NCBI GenBank assembly: GCA_030390025.1
Contig: CM059432.1
Coordinates: forward strand, 40,612,001 to 40,676,000
Length of the DNA stretch: 64,000 nucleotides
Source of the DNA: Squalus acanthias
Lineage: Eukaryota
Direction of reading: 5' to 3'
The notes beneath the pieces are model-generated. The model was not told the DNA's origin, did no database searches, and was given only the letters and a program-made list of their open reading frames with translations. Made by a program: the position numbers and the translations under genes. Within the stretch, counting starts at the first letter, position 1. Each line of letters opens with the position of its first letter. Shown here one piece after another: positions 51,790 through 64,000 of the stretch.

Positions 51790-52395
51790 TAGCAAAGCAA
51801 TTAAAAATGCTAACAAAGCACAGGGATTTATTTCTAGGGGTATAGAATTCAAAGTAGTGAAGTTATATTAAACTTGTATAGGACCCCTGGTCAGACCGCA
51901 CTTACAGTACTGTGCACAGTTCTGGTCTCCATACTATAAAAAGGACATTGAAGCACTGGAGAAAGTACAAAAAAGATTTTCAATGATGGTACCAGAATTG
52001 AGAGATTACAGCTATTGGGAAAGATTAAACAGGTTGGGGCTTTTTTTCCTTTAGAAAAGAGATTTCCAGAGGTGGAGAGAATATTTCCATTTGTGGGAGA
52101 ATCCAAAACTAGGGGCCATAAATACAAGATAGTTACTAATAAATCCAATCGGGAAATAAAGAGAAATTTCTTTACTCAGAGAGAGTGAAACGTGCTGCCA
52201 CAGGAAGTGGTTGAGGCAAATAGCTTAGATACTTTCAAAAAGGAAACTAGATGAGTACATGAGAGAAAGGGAATAGAAAGATATGCTGAAAGGTTGAGAT
52301 GAGGCAGTTGAATGGGAGGAGACTCGTGTGGAGTATAAACACTAGCACAGACTAGTCGGGCTGAATGGCCCATTTCTGTGCTGTATATTCTATGT
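51790..52395 (+). mobile_element. CR1 3' fragment
   Basis: LVRPH..YCAQFWSP-like coding remnant and tail. Confidence 0.8.
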
Positions 52396-53627
52396 ACACA
52401 TTAATAATAGATACATAAAAGACATGTGATTGCAGTGACTCAAGGCAACATAAAAAAGCTTTTAATATCCATCGTGTGACTGTTAGCATTATTGTATTTG
52501 CTTAACCTACAAAGGCTTCTAATATCTTTTGACTAATGTGATCTGGCACATGAACTGAAGACTATGAAGAATGGTGAATCACTGGATTTTCTGCCACACA
52601 AGTTTCAGTTAATATAGGTATTGTAAATTCAGTATATTGTAAAATAAATTCTGTGGGATTATATTCTTGTGCAATGGAAGTTGAAAGCAGAACTGAAACT
52701 ATTTTCCACCATATTTTAAATCACTCCATTAGAATAAATTGTAACATAGACCAACTTGGTCTACTTACATTTCAAAATTATCTTGTGTATCATTGATGCA
52801 ACTACTAATTCAATAAAACTTTAAATATACATGATGCTGGAGAAGATTTTAATGATGAACTTTTAACGTTTGAACAAGAAAACTATAGCACAGTATTTCA
52901 GTTGAGCACTTGTAAACAGCAATTGACCTTAAGAATGATTTTATGTGATTCAATGGTCAATAGCATTATATAGTGGCTTACTACAACACTGAATATGCTG
53001 CAGAATATGTTTTTTTTTAAATCAGTTATCCAAGTGATTAAAATATTTGTGTTGAAACAAGGGTACTATGCTCACAGAAGCTTGTAAACTTCAGCTACGT
53101 TTAAAAGTATTGAACTCTGCTCGCCCACCATCTTGAAGCATCAGTAAGCAGTGTAACTGGTCTTAAACTTTAAAAAATCTCAGGCTTACACATCAGTACT
53201 GTAGGTATGAAGAGAAAACAAAAACAAAAGTGGCCTTACTGCTCAAAGATAGAGTTATTTTAAAATATGCTACAAAGATAAAATAGCTACTCATATCAGG
53301 TTTCAGTAAGTCAATTCAACTGTATTATCTGATATGTCTAAAGTCAACGAATGGGGGGAAAAAAACACAAAGGCTGAAACTCCCTCCCCAATCACTGAGG
53401 CAAATTCCAACTTATGTTTAAAATGCTCGTCCCTACAATATACCCACAGAACCTAGCATTAGGTAAATGAAAATTGAGCAGCAAATAGAAGCCAGGACAC
53501 ACAACGAAAAGGAACAATTACTGTCCTTTCCTTACCATGTACAGTTTCAACGTAACCAAACACCATCTCGGTCCTCCTGCTAAATCAATGCATGACTACT
53601 TGGAAAATAGATCTTTAATAAACTTAC

Positions 53628-53786
53628 ATGGCCATTTGCAACATCCAGCAAGTCTTTTACTCGGCAGCCTTTCACTGGTCCCATGTCGTTACAAATTCCC
53701 TCTTCAATTATGACATAATCGGCTTTGTATGACATGAGAATCATATAAATATCTTCTGCAGATCTCCTAGAATAGACCTGGTAGAT
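53628..53786 (-). CDS. DPY19L4: DPY19L4 penultimate coding exon ([14 protein letters not shown]...[14 protein letters not shown])
   Basis: cag/GTAAGT boundaries, 159 nt; sequence characteristic of DPY19L4. Confidence 0.94.
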
Positions 53787-54368
53787 CTGGTGACAAAACA
53801 AAGCAGCAAATTGGGTAGAACAAACGTCTCAATCCATGGATTTGCAACTCTACGAAAAGAAACATTCCTGCTTTCGCCTGTCATTCTAAAATTTCTGCAT
53901 TTAAAGTTACTCTGGTAGTAGCATTAACCTTTAGAACAAAAATATAACCTTTCTGCCTTCTATGCAGACAGTGCTAATTCAGGAGGGGAGATGATTCCAA
54001 AGGCACTGGCCCTTCAGTATTTTACCCAACTGGCCATTATTCACGTATGAGCAAAGAAAGAGTGCTAACATACTATTGAGCTGTGTGAGCATCATAGCAG
54101 ATCATGATCATCATCTAATAGCCAGCCAGACTCACTGTTCAGTAGGTTTCACTAGATCATAATCAGGAGCAGTCAGTGACCAACTCTCCACTTCCTAAAC
54201 TAGGGCGTGAAGACCAACTGTAGCATCCCTACTGCTGGATCCCAGTTGAGCCAAGTTAACTGAGCACACAAACCTGGGTACTTGCTGGTCTGTTCCACAA
54301 TGCACGTTGCATTTACCAATGGAACCATTGGGAAAGTCCATACAGTGGCAAAACCCAAAACATACAGT

Positions 54369-55085
54369 GGCCCGTATTTTCCGATCGGAGGCTTCCTGCG
54401 TGCGGAGGCCTCCGATCTGGAAAAAATCTACACCCTTACCTGAGGTCCGGACATTTTCGCTCCTGGGCCTCTGCTCTACGAAATGCACAGGGCCCAGGTA
54501 TCCCAGGGGCGCATGTGGATTGCAAGCGTCCCTGGGATCACGTGGGCCATGGCGAACCAATGAAAGAAGGGAATCCCCCTTCATACTTTTGACAGGTTTC
54601 TCAGCTTAGACCCGTCAAAAGTATGAATGGAGATCACTCCAAAAACACATCAAAACATTAAATACATTTTTTTTTAAAATCACATTTTTAAAATTAGTTA
54701 AAATTACATTAAATTAAATATTTTAAACAAAAATTTAATTTTTTGAAAAAAAATTAAAGTTTTTTACGGGGCTAAAAATAAACTTATCTTTTTTTAAAGT
54801 ATTTTTAAATTATAAATGAGTGATAAATTTTTTTTAACTTTTTTAAACTTTATGCTGGTAAAAGCAGGCCTTACGCCTGCTTTTACCAGGCGTACGATTT
54901 TTAAAGGATTTCAGCAGGCGGAGATTCTGCAGAAAGCGGAACTCTCCGCCCGCAGAGGCCCTTCTCCAGGGCAGGCGTACGATCTGTCAAGAGGATTCTT
55001 TGCATGCCTGAAACCGGCACTTGCGAGGTCCCTACGGGTGTGTAAACAGCTCGTACACACCCGTAGGCATCGGAAAATACGGGCC
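54369..55085. mobile_element. PIF/Harbinger-type MITE with perfect 17-bp TIRs
   Basis: GGCCCGTATTTTCCGAT at 54369-54385 and ATCGGAAAATACGGGCC at 55069-55085; flanks AGT/AAT. Confidence 0.8.
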
Positions 55086-55190
55086 AATGATTCATGTCAG
55101 TGGTTCAATGACAAAGTAATACAATGCCACTCCAGTACAACCAGTGTGTGTCATGATGTGCAGCCTCTTAAGCCAATGAGAAGTGCTCAC

Positions 55191-55323
55191 CTCCTCCGTC
55201 CGTTTTCTTAGATCCCTATCTGAATAGAGTGGATGGGTGGTCACTGTTCGGCCAGTACAGAGTTTCACAGTTCCCATAAGTTGCATGCTTCCAGCAAACA
55301 CAGCAGCAGTAGGGGTTTGTCTT
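55191..55323 (-). CDS. DPY19L4: DPY19L4 exon ([44 protein letters not shown])
   Basis: ctag/GTGAG boundaries, 133 nt, phase-compatible; [15 protein letters not shown] motif. Confidence 0.94.
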
Positions 55324-55875
55324 CTAGGAGACAAGAGCAATAAAAATTTTAAAATTTTAGAATTTAAAGTACAGAACTGACTGATGTGTTTAAAAATAAA
55401 GGTGAAAGCACTAATAATCTGGCTCACTGGTATACAAAAGGAAGTTTACACAAAACTGTAAGCTTCTCAAACAAGACAGTCAGTTGGGGAGGAAATAAAA
55501 AAGAACCTCATACCTTTAAGCAAAGAATGAGCGAACGAACTTGCATTGAAAGAGCTCCTTATCACTTCGCTCAGGATGTCCTAAAGTGCTTCACATACAA
55601 TGAAGTGCAACGTAACAAATCAGCCAATCCCTTGCCCATCCTCTCAAATGGTAAAATGATATATGGTACACGTGAATGAGGGAGCGAGGGCAAGAGCAGC
55701 CATTTAGTATTTTAAAAATGATAGGGTTTCCTTTTGTTGGCATGAAGATGAAAATAAACTAAATTCTTATTTAAGAATGTCAGCCCACTGATAGATCCTA
55801 ACTTTTTTTTAAAATAAATATTATGGCAGAGGACTTGCACCATAAAAAAATCAATCCAATAACAGCGCAACATAT

Positions 55876-56329
55876 GGGGTACGGTAGCATAGTGGTTATG
55901 TTACTGGACTAGTAATCCTGGACTATTGATCCGGGGACACAAGTTCAAATCCCACCACAGCAGCTGTGGAATTTAAATTCAGTTAATTAAATAAATCTGG
56001 AATAAAAAAAGCTAGCATTAGTCATGGTGACCATGAAACAACCGGATTGTTGTAAAAACCCATCTGGTTCACTAATGTCCTTAGGGAAGGAAATCTGCCG
56101 TCTTTACCCGGTCTGGCCTATATGTGACTCCAGACCCACAGCAATGTGGTTGACTCTTACCTGCCCTCTGAAATGGCCTAACAAGCCACTCAGTTGTACC
56201 AAACCACTACACGGACTGCAGCGGTTCAAGGCGGCGGCTCACCACCACCTTCTGAAGGGCAATTAGGGATGGGCAATAAATGCTGGCCTTGCCAGCGACA
56301 TCCACATCCCATGAACGAATAAAAAAAAA
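55876..56329 (+). mobile_element. tRNA-derived SINE sharing head and tail with the 8653-11605 LINE
   Basis: TAGCATAGTGG A box, GTTCAAATCCC B box; tail encodes HGLQRFKAAAHHHLLKGN as in the LINE ORF end. Confidence 0.9.
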
Positions 56330-57842
56330 TCCCTTATGTAAATGTGTTCTGCAATGGCGCTATAAGATAGAGAATGCCAATGTAAATAACAAACTCTCTA
56401 AAATTAAATCAGAAACATTGATAGAAAACAGTTTTGAGGATTAAAAATATTTTGAAATAAATGGCTTTCAATAGTCCCTGCAAATTGCTTTAGCTATCTA
56501 CATTAACATTACAGTACCAGACAAGAGAAAAGATGATTGTGAACTACAACAGAGACTACAGTGACTGGGGTTGAAAACTTTTCTCCTCCCGGCCCTGACC
56601 TGTCCAGCTGTTACTAGGTACTGTAGTACGAAAATGCAATTATTTTGCCTCTTAGACATAGTTTGAGGCGTGATAATGTGTTTTGAAGGTTCACTGATGT
56701 GTAGCTTCCGTAACAAAGTAGAATGCCAGGCAGCAAATTAAAATGCTACTATGCATGAAGCTGGAGTATTCAACTAAAGTTGTCTGGCTCAGCTGTATGC
56801 AGAGTAGGATCTGCTGAAGAGGCTCAATTGTGCATATTGGTGAGACTGCTTCTAGCATGGCACGTGCCACACTGTACTGATAGATAATCCGTTTTCTGCC
56901 TCAACAAACTGCTGTCGCTTTGTCCAACCATGTTCAGTTCTCCATCTGAATTTGGTAACAAATGGAAGGTTATGGTCTGCCCTGAGAGGATTGGGTTAAA
57001 ACCGTGAGTCCCCAGTTACATTCAAAAGCTGGTAATTAAAAGCACATTAGTAGTAAAAGCTGATTCAAATTAGCACTTCTATTGAGTTGAATTGACTGCA
57101 TTTGGTTCACATACCATTGTGCATATATAGCCTAAAGACTTCACACTGTATGTGGTAAAATATTGTTGCATTACAGAAATTATTCCTTAAAAGTGTGGAT
57201 TGGTGATTTTTTTTCTCCCATAGGGGGAGAGATATTAATTCTGAGAAATGAAATATTTTCCCATTTCAGCCATTTAACCATATTGTTTTCCATTTAAACA
57301 CTTTATGGGCCATTCAAATCCCTCTCTCATATGCCTGTGCATATTTTTTTCTCTCTTCCCCCCATCTTTTTGTTCTGTTCCTTTTTAAATGCTGTTTATC
57401 TGTAATTTTTTTCCAGTTCTAAATCATTAAGTTTAATGTTCTCTCCACAGATGCTAACTGACATGCTGACTGTTTCAGGCGTCGTCAGTTTTTATGTTGG
57501 GATTTAAATACCATTGGATTGGAGTGTTCCTCTCCGGGCTCCACAGTAATAGCCCAGGCCTCGCTCCCCTCCGCCCCCTCCCAGGAAGTACCCGTGGGCT
57601 GGCCTCTGTGTCGGAACTGGCTGAATTAACTAGGACGCTGACCAGCGAGCTGCATCGGGAGGCCCGATTGGCACCAGCAGCTCGCCGGTGGTATCATGTA
57701 GATCAGGTCTGAGGTAGAATTTCCAGTGAGCCTTGGGTCTTCATCGTCAGACGCAGCGGCCCACTTCACGCCGATTTCCAGCATGAGACCAATTTTCCAG
57801 CCACTGACTTTAATAAAGAATACACACCAAGTTACAACTTAC

Positions 57843-57925
57843 TTGATCCAGTTCATCAGCTCTACTGTATCAGAATCATAAAATTCCTGAAGTTCAGAGA
57901 GTTCGGCCATTACATCTGGAAAGAA
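57843..57925 (-). CDS. DPY19L4: DPY19L4 exon ([28 protein letters not shown])
   Basis: cag/GTAAGT boundaries, 83 nt; EFYD.DTVELM.WI family motif. Confidence 0.93.
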
Positions 57926-58249
57926 CTGATGTACAACAAGTACTTTAAGTTAAATGCATAATGCTCAGCAAAACTAACATAAACAAGTCAAAATGCACTA
58001 TTACAACAGAACTTGCCTTGTCCCTTCTCCTGAAGGCAATGGCATACTAGAGTACAGATCCAGTCACCAACCATCCTTCAGCACCTCACTGAAGTGGCCA
58101 TTCCTCAAGCATAAACCCAGACAGTGAGTGTTAGTTGGTTATTCAACTGTGGGAGGCATTACAGCTGAGCAGCAGAGGATTTTGAGATTGGTGGGGAGAA
58201 ACATTACAGAGGCAGATTAGAGGGGCCTCTATTCTGTAATTAGCTGTGC

Positions 58250-59330
58250 TACAGTTGACTTGGGACAGCTCAGTGCTTGGTACAAGTTTTCTTGTAATCT
58301 TCTGCATTCTTCCTCAGTTTCCCAACCCTTAGTTTCAGCAAACTTCAATATGATCCCCCTTGTGCTAGTCAAAATCATTAATGAAAAACAAAAGAGATCC
58401 CAGCACAGACCCCTGGACCACACCACTACCCCATCAAACTAATCTCAAAAACAATCAATCAATTAATCCCTGCTCTTTGCTTTCCAGCCTCAACCGATCA
58501 CTTTATCCACGTGGCTACATTTCCTTTGATACCATGTGCCTTAATTTACAGCAAGTCTCTTGAGCAGCACCTTATAAAACACTTCTAAACATATCCACCA
58601 CATTCCCTTTATCTAGATCCTCTGTGATTTTCTCAAAAAAATCAATTAGGTTTGTCAAGTATGACCTGCTCTTTACAAATCCTTGATCAGTCTGTGTCTT
58701 GCTATGTGCTCACTAATTTCTTCCTGTATTGTGGGTCCTAGAAGTTTTCTCACAACCAAGGTAAGATTATTTAATGACTCAGAATTTCCTGGCTAATTGA
58801 TTTTCCTTTTTTTTTTGGAACAGGGTAACATTTACCACCCTCCAGTCTTTTGCTGTAATTCCCATTGCCAAAGATATTTGAGAATGATGGTTAGTGCCTC
58901 TGCTATCTTCTCCCCAATCTCAAGAATTCTGGGATGAATCCTATCTGGACCTTGTGATTTTTTTTTACGTTTAGAACCATTACTATTTAAAAAATTTAAA
59001 TAGTGTCCTTTTCAATATTTATGTTCAGTAGTTTCTCTTCCACACCTTCCTCGGGTATTCCTACAGTCCTATTTCACTATTCACTCTAAAAGCTTATGCC
59101 AAATACTTAAACATTTCCACATTCCTTCATTCGCAAGCACAAGACGCCCCCCTTCATCTTTAAGTGGTCCCACGCCTTCCTTGACTATTCTTTTACTTCT
59201 TCTGCACTTATAAAAGCTCTTGCCACTCCTCTGTATATTGATTGTCAGTCTTTCATACTTTCCCTTGGCCTTCCTAATCTCCCTTTTTACTTCCTTTCTG
59301 TACCTTTTATATTTCTTATAGTTCCTCAAC
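58250..59330 (-). mobile_element. Degraded CR1 ORF2 fragment
   Basis: KREIRKAK..GVGPLKDE linker and RT remnants. Confidence 0.7.
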
Positions 59331-59603
59331 CATGAGACATTGGACTAATCCTTGGCCCTCAACTATCCTACTTCACAAGCAAGAAGGAGCCACATTTAAG
59401 TGAACTAAGCCAGATTATATTATCAACTTGGCCAAGAATAGAAAACAGTCACCACCTGCCCAGATATGCCCTGCCCTGTCCATATCTTCCCACTCTCTGA
59501 ATTACCCAGCCATAAGTGATTTCAAAAACACATCTGATTAACAAATGTATTTGTCAACATAACATATCACAGTACTGAAACAGAAGTTTGCAAATGTACT
59601 CAC

Positions 59604-59660
59604 ATCCTTCCACATGCTGAACCCAATTATTGTTGGAACTGCAGTACTTAACATAAGAGC
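59604..59660 (-). CDS. DPY19L4: DPY19L4 57-nt exon (ALMLSTAVPTIIGFSMWKD)
   Basis: ttag acceptor, GTGAGT donor, phase 0-0; follows a 96-bp intron. Confidence 0.9.
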
Positions 59661-59756
59661 CTAAATTAAAAAAAATACAAATAATATTACTCCGTAGAAG
59701 AAAATTAATAAAAAGCTTGTGGCCTTCAATGATCTAAAGGAGTATTCTGAACTCAC

Positions 59757-59877
59757 CAGAAGCACTGGAGGCACTGTTCTTAGTCGCAACCACTTAAACA
59801 CAGTCATCCAGATCTCAGGAGAGCAAACGCCAAATGCAGTGAACATACAGGCATAAGGCGTCCATAAATACTTCAAG
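59757..59877 (-). CDS. DPY19L4: DPY19L4 exon ([40 protein letters not shown])
   Basis: cag acceptor, GTGAGT donor, 121 nt; LKY-W-PY..FGVCSPE.W motif. Confidence 0.93.
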
Positions 59878-60164
59878 CTGTGAAGGTACAATGTGCAGTA
59901 AGAGTTATTACAGGTAATCCTTTAAGTTTTTCTAACAAGCATCACTAACAGAAATTACAGATGTAAACTTGTCAGGGAATTCCCACTACGGTCAACAAAA
60001 TTCTGCAATTACATAGAGGAAGCTAAACAGCACCACCATCTGGGTACTGACTAGAATAACTCCATCCTTCACAACCCAGGAAGGATAAACAATGGCAAAA
60101 TCCCTTATATAATCCAAAAGTATAACAATGCACTTGGTTCCTACAAACTAACCACATATTATTT

Positions 60165-60942
60165 ATATTTATCCACTTTGGTAGGAAAAATAGAATAGGA
60201 AATGGTGAGAGATTGGGAAATGTTGGTGTTCAGAGGGACCTGGGTGTCTTTGTACACGAATCACTGAAAGTTAACATGCAGGTACAACAAGCAATTAGGA
60301 AAGCAAATGGTATGTTGGCCTTTATTACAAGAGGATTTGAGTGTAAGAGTAAAGACGTCTTACTGCAATTATATAGGGCCCTGCTGAGACCACACCTGGA
60401 GTATCGTATAGTTTTGGTCTCCTTACCTAAGGAAGGATATACTTGCCATAGAGGGAGTGCAACAAAGGTTCACCAGACTGGTTCCTGGGATGGGGGGATT
60501 GTCCTCTGAGGACAGATTGAGTAGACTAGGCCTATATTCTCTAGAGTTTAGAAGAATGAGAGGTGATCTCATTGAAACATACAAAATGCTTGACAGGGTA
60601 GATGCAGGGTGGATGTTTCCCCTGGCTGGGGAGTCTAGAACCAGGGGTCACAGTCTCAGAATAAGGGGTCGGCCATTTAGGACAGATGAGGAGAAATTTC
60701 TTCACTCAGAGGTGGTCAATCTTTGGAATTCTCTACCCTAGAGGGCTGCGAAGGCTCAGTCGTTGAGTATATTCAAGACGGAGATCGATAGATTTTTGAA
60801 TATTAAGGGAATCAAGGAATATGGGGATAGTGCAGGAAAGTGGAGATGAGGTAGAAGATCAGCCATGATCTTATTGAATGGCGGAGCAGGCTCGAAGGAC
60901 CAAATGACCTACTCCTGCTCCTATTTCTTATGTTCTTATATT
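60165..60942 (+). mobile_element. HER1-like CR1 3' fragment in a DPY19L4 intron
   Basis: Near-identical to 6340-7125. Confidence 0.9.
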
Positions 60943-61069
60943 CTGATCTGCCACTATTACAAGATAATAAAAATTTGCGTGAAATAACATTTACAGCCCT
61001 ACTGCATTGTGGCCATTAATAGACACCATGGCACCAACTAATCTCACGCACACAACTGTATCTCTTAGA

Positions 61070-61340
61070 ACTCGATGGCTCAGTGAGGAAATCACTGCTT
61101 GGTGTCGGACTGAGCCACACAGATTAGGAAGGTCCCAGCTTCAATCTTGGTCTGTGCCAAGTTAACGGATCTCAACTAGGGTAGCAACTGGAGTTCTACA
61201 ACTGATCATACTGGCCTGGGCAAGGACAGGAGGGAAGCCATGCTTCCTGCTGTGGATTGTAATCCACGGACTACCGCAGGAAAGTGCCCATGTGGATGTC
61301 AGGTGACGACAGGACCAGATTCGTTGTTATGTCTTTCTCC
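61070..61340 (+). mobile_element. Ancient Deu-domain SINE (SacSINE1/AmnSINE-like); other degraded copies at ~8545-8652 plus 11606-11880, 13805-14160, 31560-31870, 43680-44030, 53970-54310, 58020-58170
   Basis: Mutually similar diverged copies; recalled Deu-domain motifs (GGAAAGTG..TGTGGA.GTC.GGTGA.GACAGGA). Confidence 0.55.
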
Positions 61341-61749
61341 CCGACACACACGCACAAAAATTACTGTTATCCTTTACAGATTTCACAAAATTAAGATGCC
61401 ATCATTTTAAAGCCCATCAGTGTAGAAACAATTAGTGATTTACTTTTTTTTTTTAAAAACATGCTAATAAGTTTACAAAAAAAATTAACTTCTTTGCCCT
61501 ACTCAACAATGATGAGTATTTAACTGAGACAATATTACCCAGGAAGAATAAGTTACTGAATTTTACTCCTATATCTGCAGTTCTCATTAGCTACGGAATT
61601 TTTTTTAAACATGTGTAATAAGGCCAGTAATGAACTACTAGAATTCCTCCATCTATTTCATAACACTCCGCCGGTTCCAAGAGCTTGAGTTCTCATTACT
61701 GTGCATCACTTTAAAAAGGTGCCCACAGGATCTCCATAAACACACTTAC

Positions 61750-61869
61750 CCTTGGAACATCAATGCCAGTGAACCAAAGAGCACCATGTGCAACATGTGG
61801 TAAACCACCTCCGGCCTCTCACCGATCGCCATGTTCTCCAGCGAACCGTCATTTTTTTGAGGCACATCG
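61750..61869 (-). CDS. DPY19L4: DPY19L4 internal coding exon (DVPQKNDGSLENMAIGERPEVVYHMLHMVLFGSLALMFQG)
   Basis: tttag acceptor and GTAAGT donor; 120 nt, phase 1+117+2, fits the next exon; IGERPE motif of the DPY19 C-mannosyltransferase family. Confidence 0.9.
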
Positions 61870-62283
61870 CTAAAGCAAAATAAACAAACTTAAATTGCCA
61901 CATTAAAATTTTCACGACTTCAGTAAAAGTAACTACGGAATATTCTGGAACACGGAGTCTACAGTTTATCAAAGCTGTAATATTGGAGAATAATGTCCTC
62001 ATTTACTAATTTTAGATACCATGAAGAATTCTTCCTCCCGCTTTGCCAAAAAGTGCAATGTCTGTCAATGTATAGCTGTACCACAGAAGGAAAAACACAA
62101 ATGTTACTTATACATTGTATGTCTACAATATAGGTTCTACCTATATATCCTTGAAATGTAAAAAAAAATTAGAATACAATGTTACATTTCACCCATTTTT
62201 CTGCATCACAAATTGCTTACTATCCCAGTACAGTCTGTATACGGGCTGCATGAGGAGAGGGATGAGCTAGTACAAGATGATGA

Positions 62284-62598
62284 AGGAAGTGCAGTGGTTA
62301 CATTACTGGACGAGTAATCCAGAGGCCTAGAATAATAATCCAGCAAATGTTAGTTCAAATTCCATCACGGCAGTTGGAAAATTTGAATTCAGTTCTTTAA
62401 AAATCTGGAAATAAAAGAGCTGGTATCAGCAAAAGTGACCATGAAGCTGTTGGAGTCTCGTAAAAACCCAACAGCATTGTGGGACCATCTTCACCATTCG
62501 GAATACAGTGATTCAAGAAGGCCCACCACCACTTTGTCAAGATAACTAGGGATGGGCATTAAATGTGGCAGCGATGCCCACGTCCCATGAACAAATTA
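62284..62598 (+). mobile_element. Older copy of the same SINE superfamily
   Basis: Diverged head, shorter body, longer LINE-derived tail. Confidence 0.75.
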
Positions 62599-62599
62599 A

Positions 62600-63302
62600 G
62601 GGAACGGTAGCATAGTGGTAATGTTACTGGACTAGTAATCCAGAGGCCTGGACTAATAATCCAGAGACAAGAGTTCAAATCCCACCACGGCAGCTGGGGA
62701 ATTTAAATTCAGTTAATTAAATAAATTTGGAATAAAAGGCTAGTACCAGTAATAGTGACCATGAAACTACCGGATTGTCATTAAAAACCCATCTGGTTCA
62801 CTAATGGCAACACGGTGGCATAGTGGTTAGCACTGTTGCCTCACAGCGCCAGGGACCCGGGTTCGAATCCGGCCTCGGGTGACTGTCTGTGTGGAGTTTG
62901 CACATTCTCCCAGTGTCTGCGTGGGTTTCCTCCAGGTGCTCCGGTTTCCTCCCACAGTCCAAAGATGTGCGGGTTAGGTTGATTTGGCTATGATAAATTG
63001 ACCCTTAGTGTTAGGGGGATTAAATACGTGGGGTTACGGGGAATGGGTGGGATATGTGTCGGTGCAGGCTCGATGGGCCAAAATGGCCTCTATCTGCACT
63101 GTGGGGATTCTGTGATTCTGTGACTAATGTCCTTTAGGGCAGGAAATCTGGCGTCCTTACCCGGTCTGCCCTACAGCAATGTGGTTGACTCTTAACTGCC
63201 CCCTGAAATGGCTTAGTAAGCCATTCAAGGGCAAATAGGGATGGGCAATAAATGCTGGTCTTGCCAGCGACGCCCACATCCCGTGAACGAATAAAATAAA
63301 AA
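62600..63302 (+). mobile_element. Same SINE family, interrupted by an HE1-like SINE
   Basis: Head at 62600; body resumes at 63123; tail to ~63300. Confidence 0.85.
62807..63122 (+). mobile_element. HE1-like V-SINE
   Basis: tRNA head GGTGGCATAGTGG...GGTTCGAATCC; V-domain-like GTCTGCGTGGGTTTCCTCC..GGTTTCCTCCCACA; CR1-type tail; TSD ACTAATG at 62800-62806 and 63123-63129. Confidence 0.8.
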
Positions 63303-64000
63303 TCCGGAGAATGAATTAAAAAGTATAATGATATCTGCAAGAGTATTCTCACACCTACATTAGAAAAGCTTGAAGTTTTTTTTAAATGTACTATTTAGCC
63401 CTTTATTAAATCCATCAGTCAAAGAATAGGTATAAACACAGAACAATTTACATTATGTGTTGTATTGAAGCTTGCAACTACCAATGCTGGTAGTCAGCAG
63501 GCTGTTATTATATTGCTGATAAATATAAAAGAATGTAAGCATTTGTACAGCAATGATTTCATCTTATTTCAAATTGATTAATACTATTGTCTTCACTGCA
63601 AGTTATTGTCTAAAGCTAAAACAGATGTCTCATGGTGTAATTTCTGTCCTTTAGCAGCCTTTCAAATACTAAGCTATCTTAATGCATCATAAATGCTCTA
63701 TTTTTACAAAAGTTTACAATTGTAGATTGAATTGAATTTTGTTAGATTTAAAGATCAATACATTGCTATAATGAGCCATTCAGAGCTGGTGATGTCGGTA
63801 ACAGTGAATTTTAAACATCATTATGCCCTTTCTCGACTGCTTTGCTGTGTTGCAGCAGTGCTCGAATGCTCTGATTCACCTTTGAAGGTGGAAGCACCCC
63901 AGCGGCACCCATTGAAAATGATACACTAATTCAGTATGTAGTCCTCGCAAATGCACAGCTCTCGGAATTGTTGAGCTTTGTCACAGTTTATACGCGTCAC

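Noticed and set aside
62807..62880. Functional tRNA gene
   Set aside because: It continues into a SINE body and tail with a TSD; the same applies to the Thr-like heads

Overview
Repeat-rich vertebrate genomic DNA, most likely a shark or other chondrichthyan (HER1-type CR1 LINEs, HE1 V-SINE, Deu-domain SINEs). It holds two host genes, both on the minus strand. One is the last seven coding exons of DPY19L4 (61869 down to the stop at 50193). The other is a CpG-island first exon of a large DN-cadherin/type III-like cadherin (33925-32920), whose first intron appears to span the left half of the window. Three structures stand out. (1) A ~2.95-kb LINE (8653-11605, minus) begins with a tRNA-Thr-like Pol III head, has no ORF1, has no TTTT on its sense strand, and appears to be the parent of four SINEs with different internal-deletion junctions. 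(2) A size series of Penelope-like insertions, from palindromes of 1.06 and 1.59 kb down to ~90-110 bp, carry minimal hammerhead ribozymes with covarying stems and TSDs; the two large ones share a fold-back breakpoint. (3) A CR1 insertion apparently captured ~545 bp of neighbouring DNA in inverted orientation. All calls were made by eye. Family names come from recalled consensus features, not from database searches.
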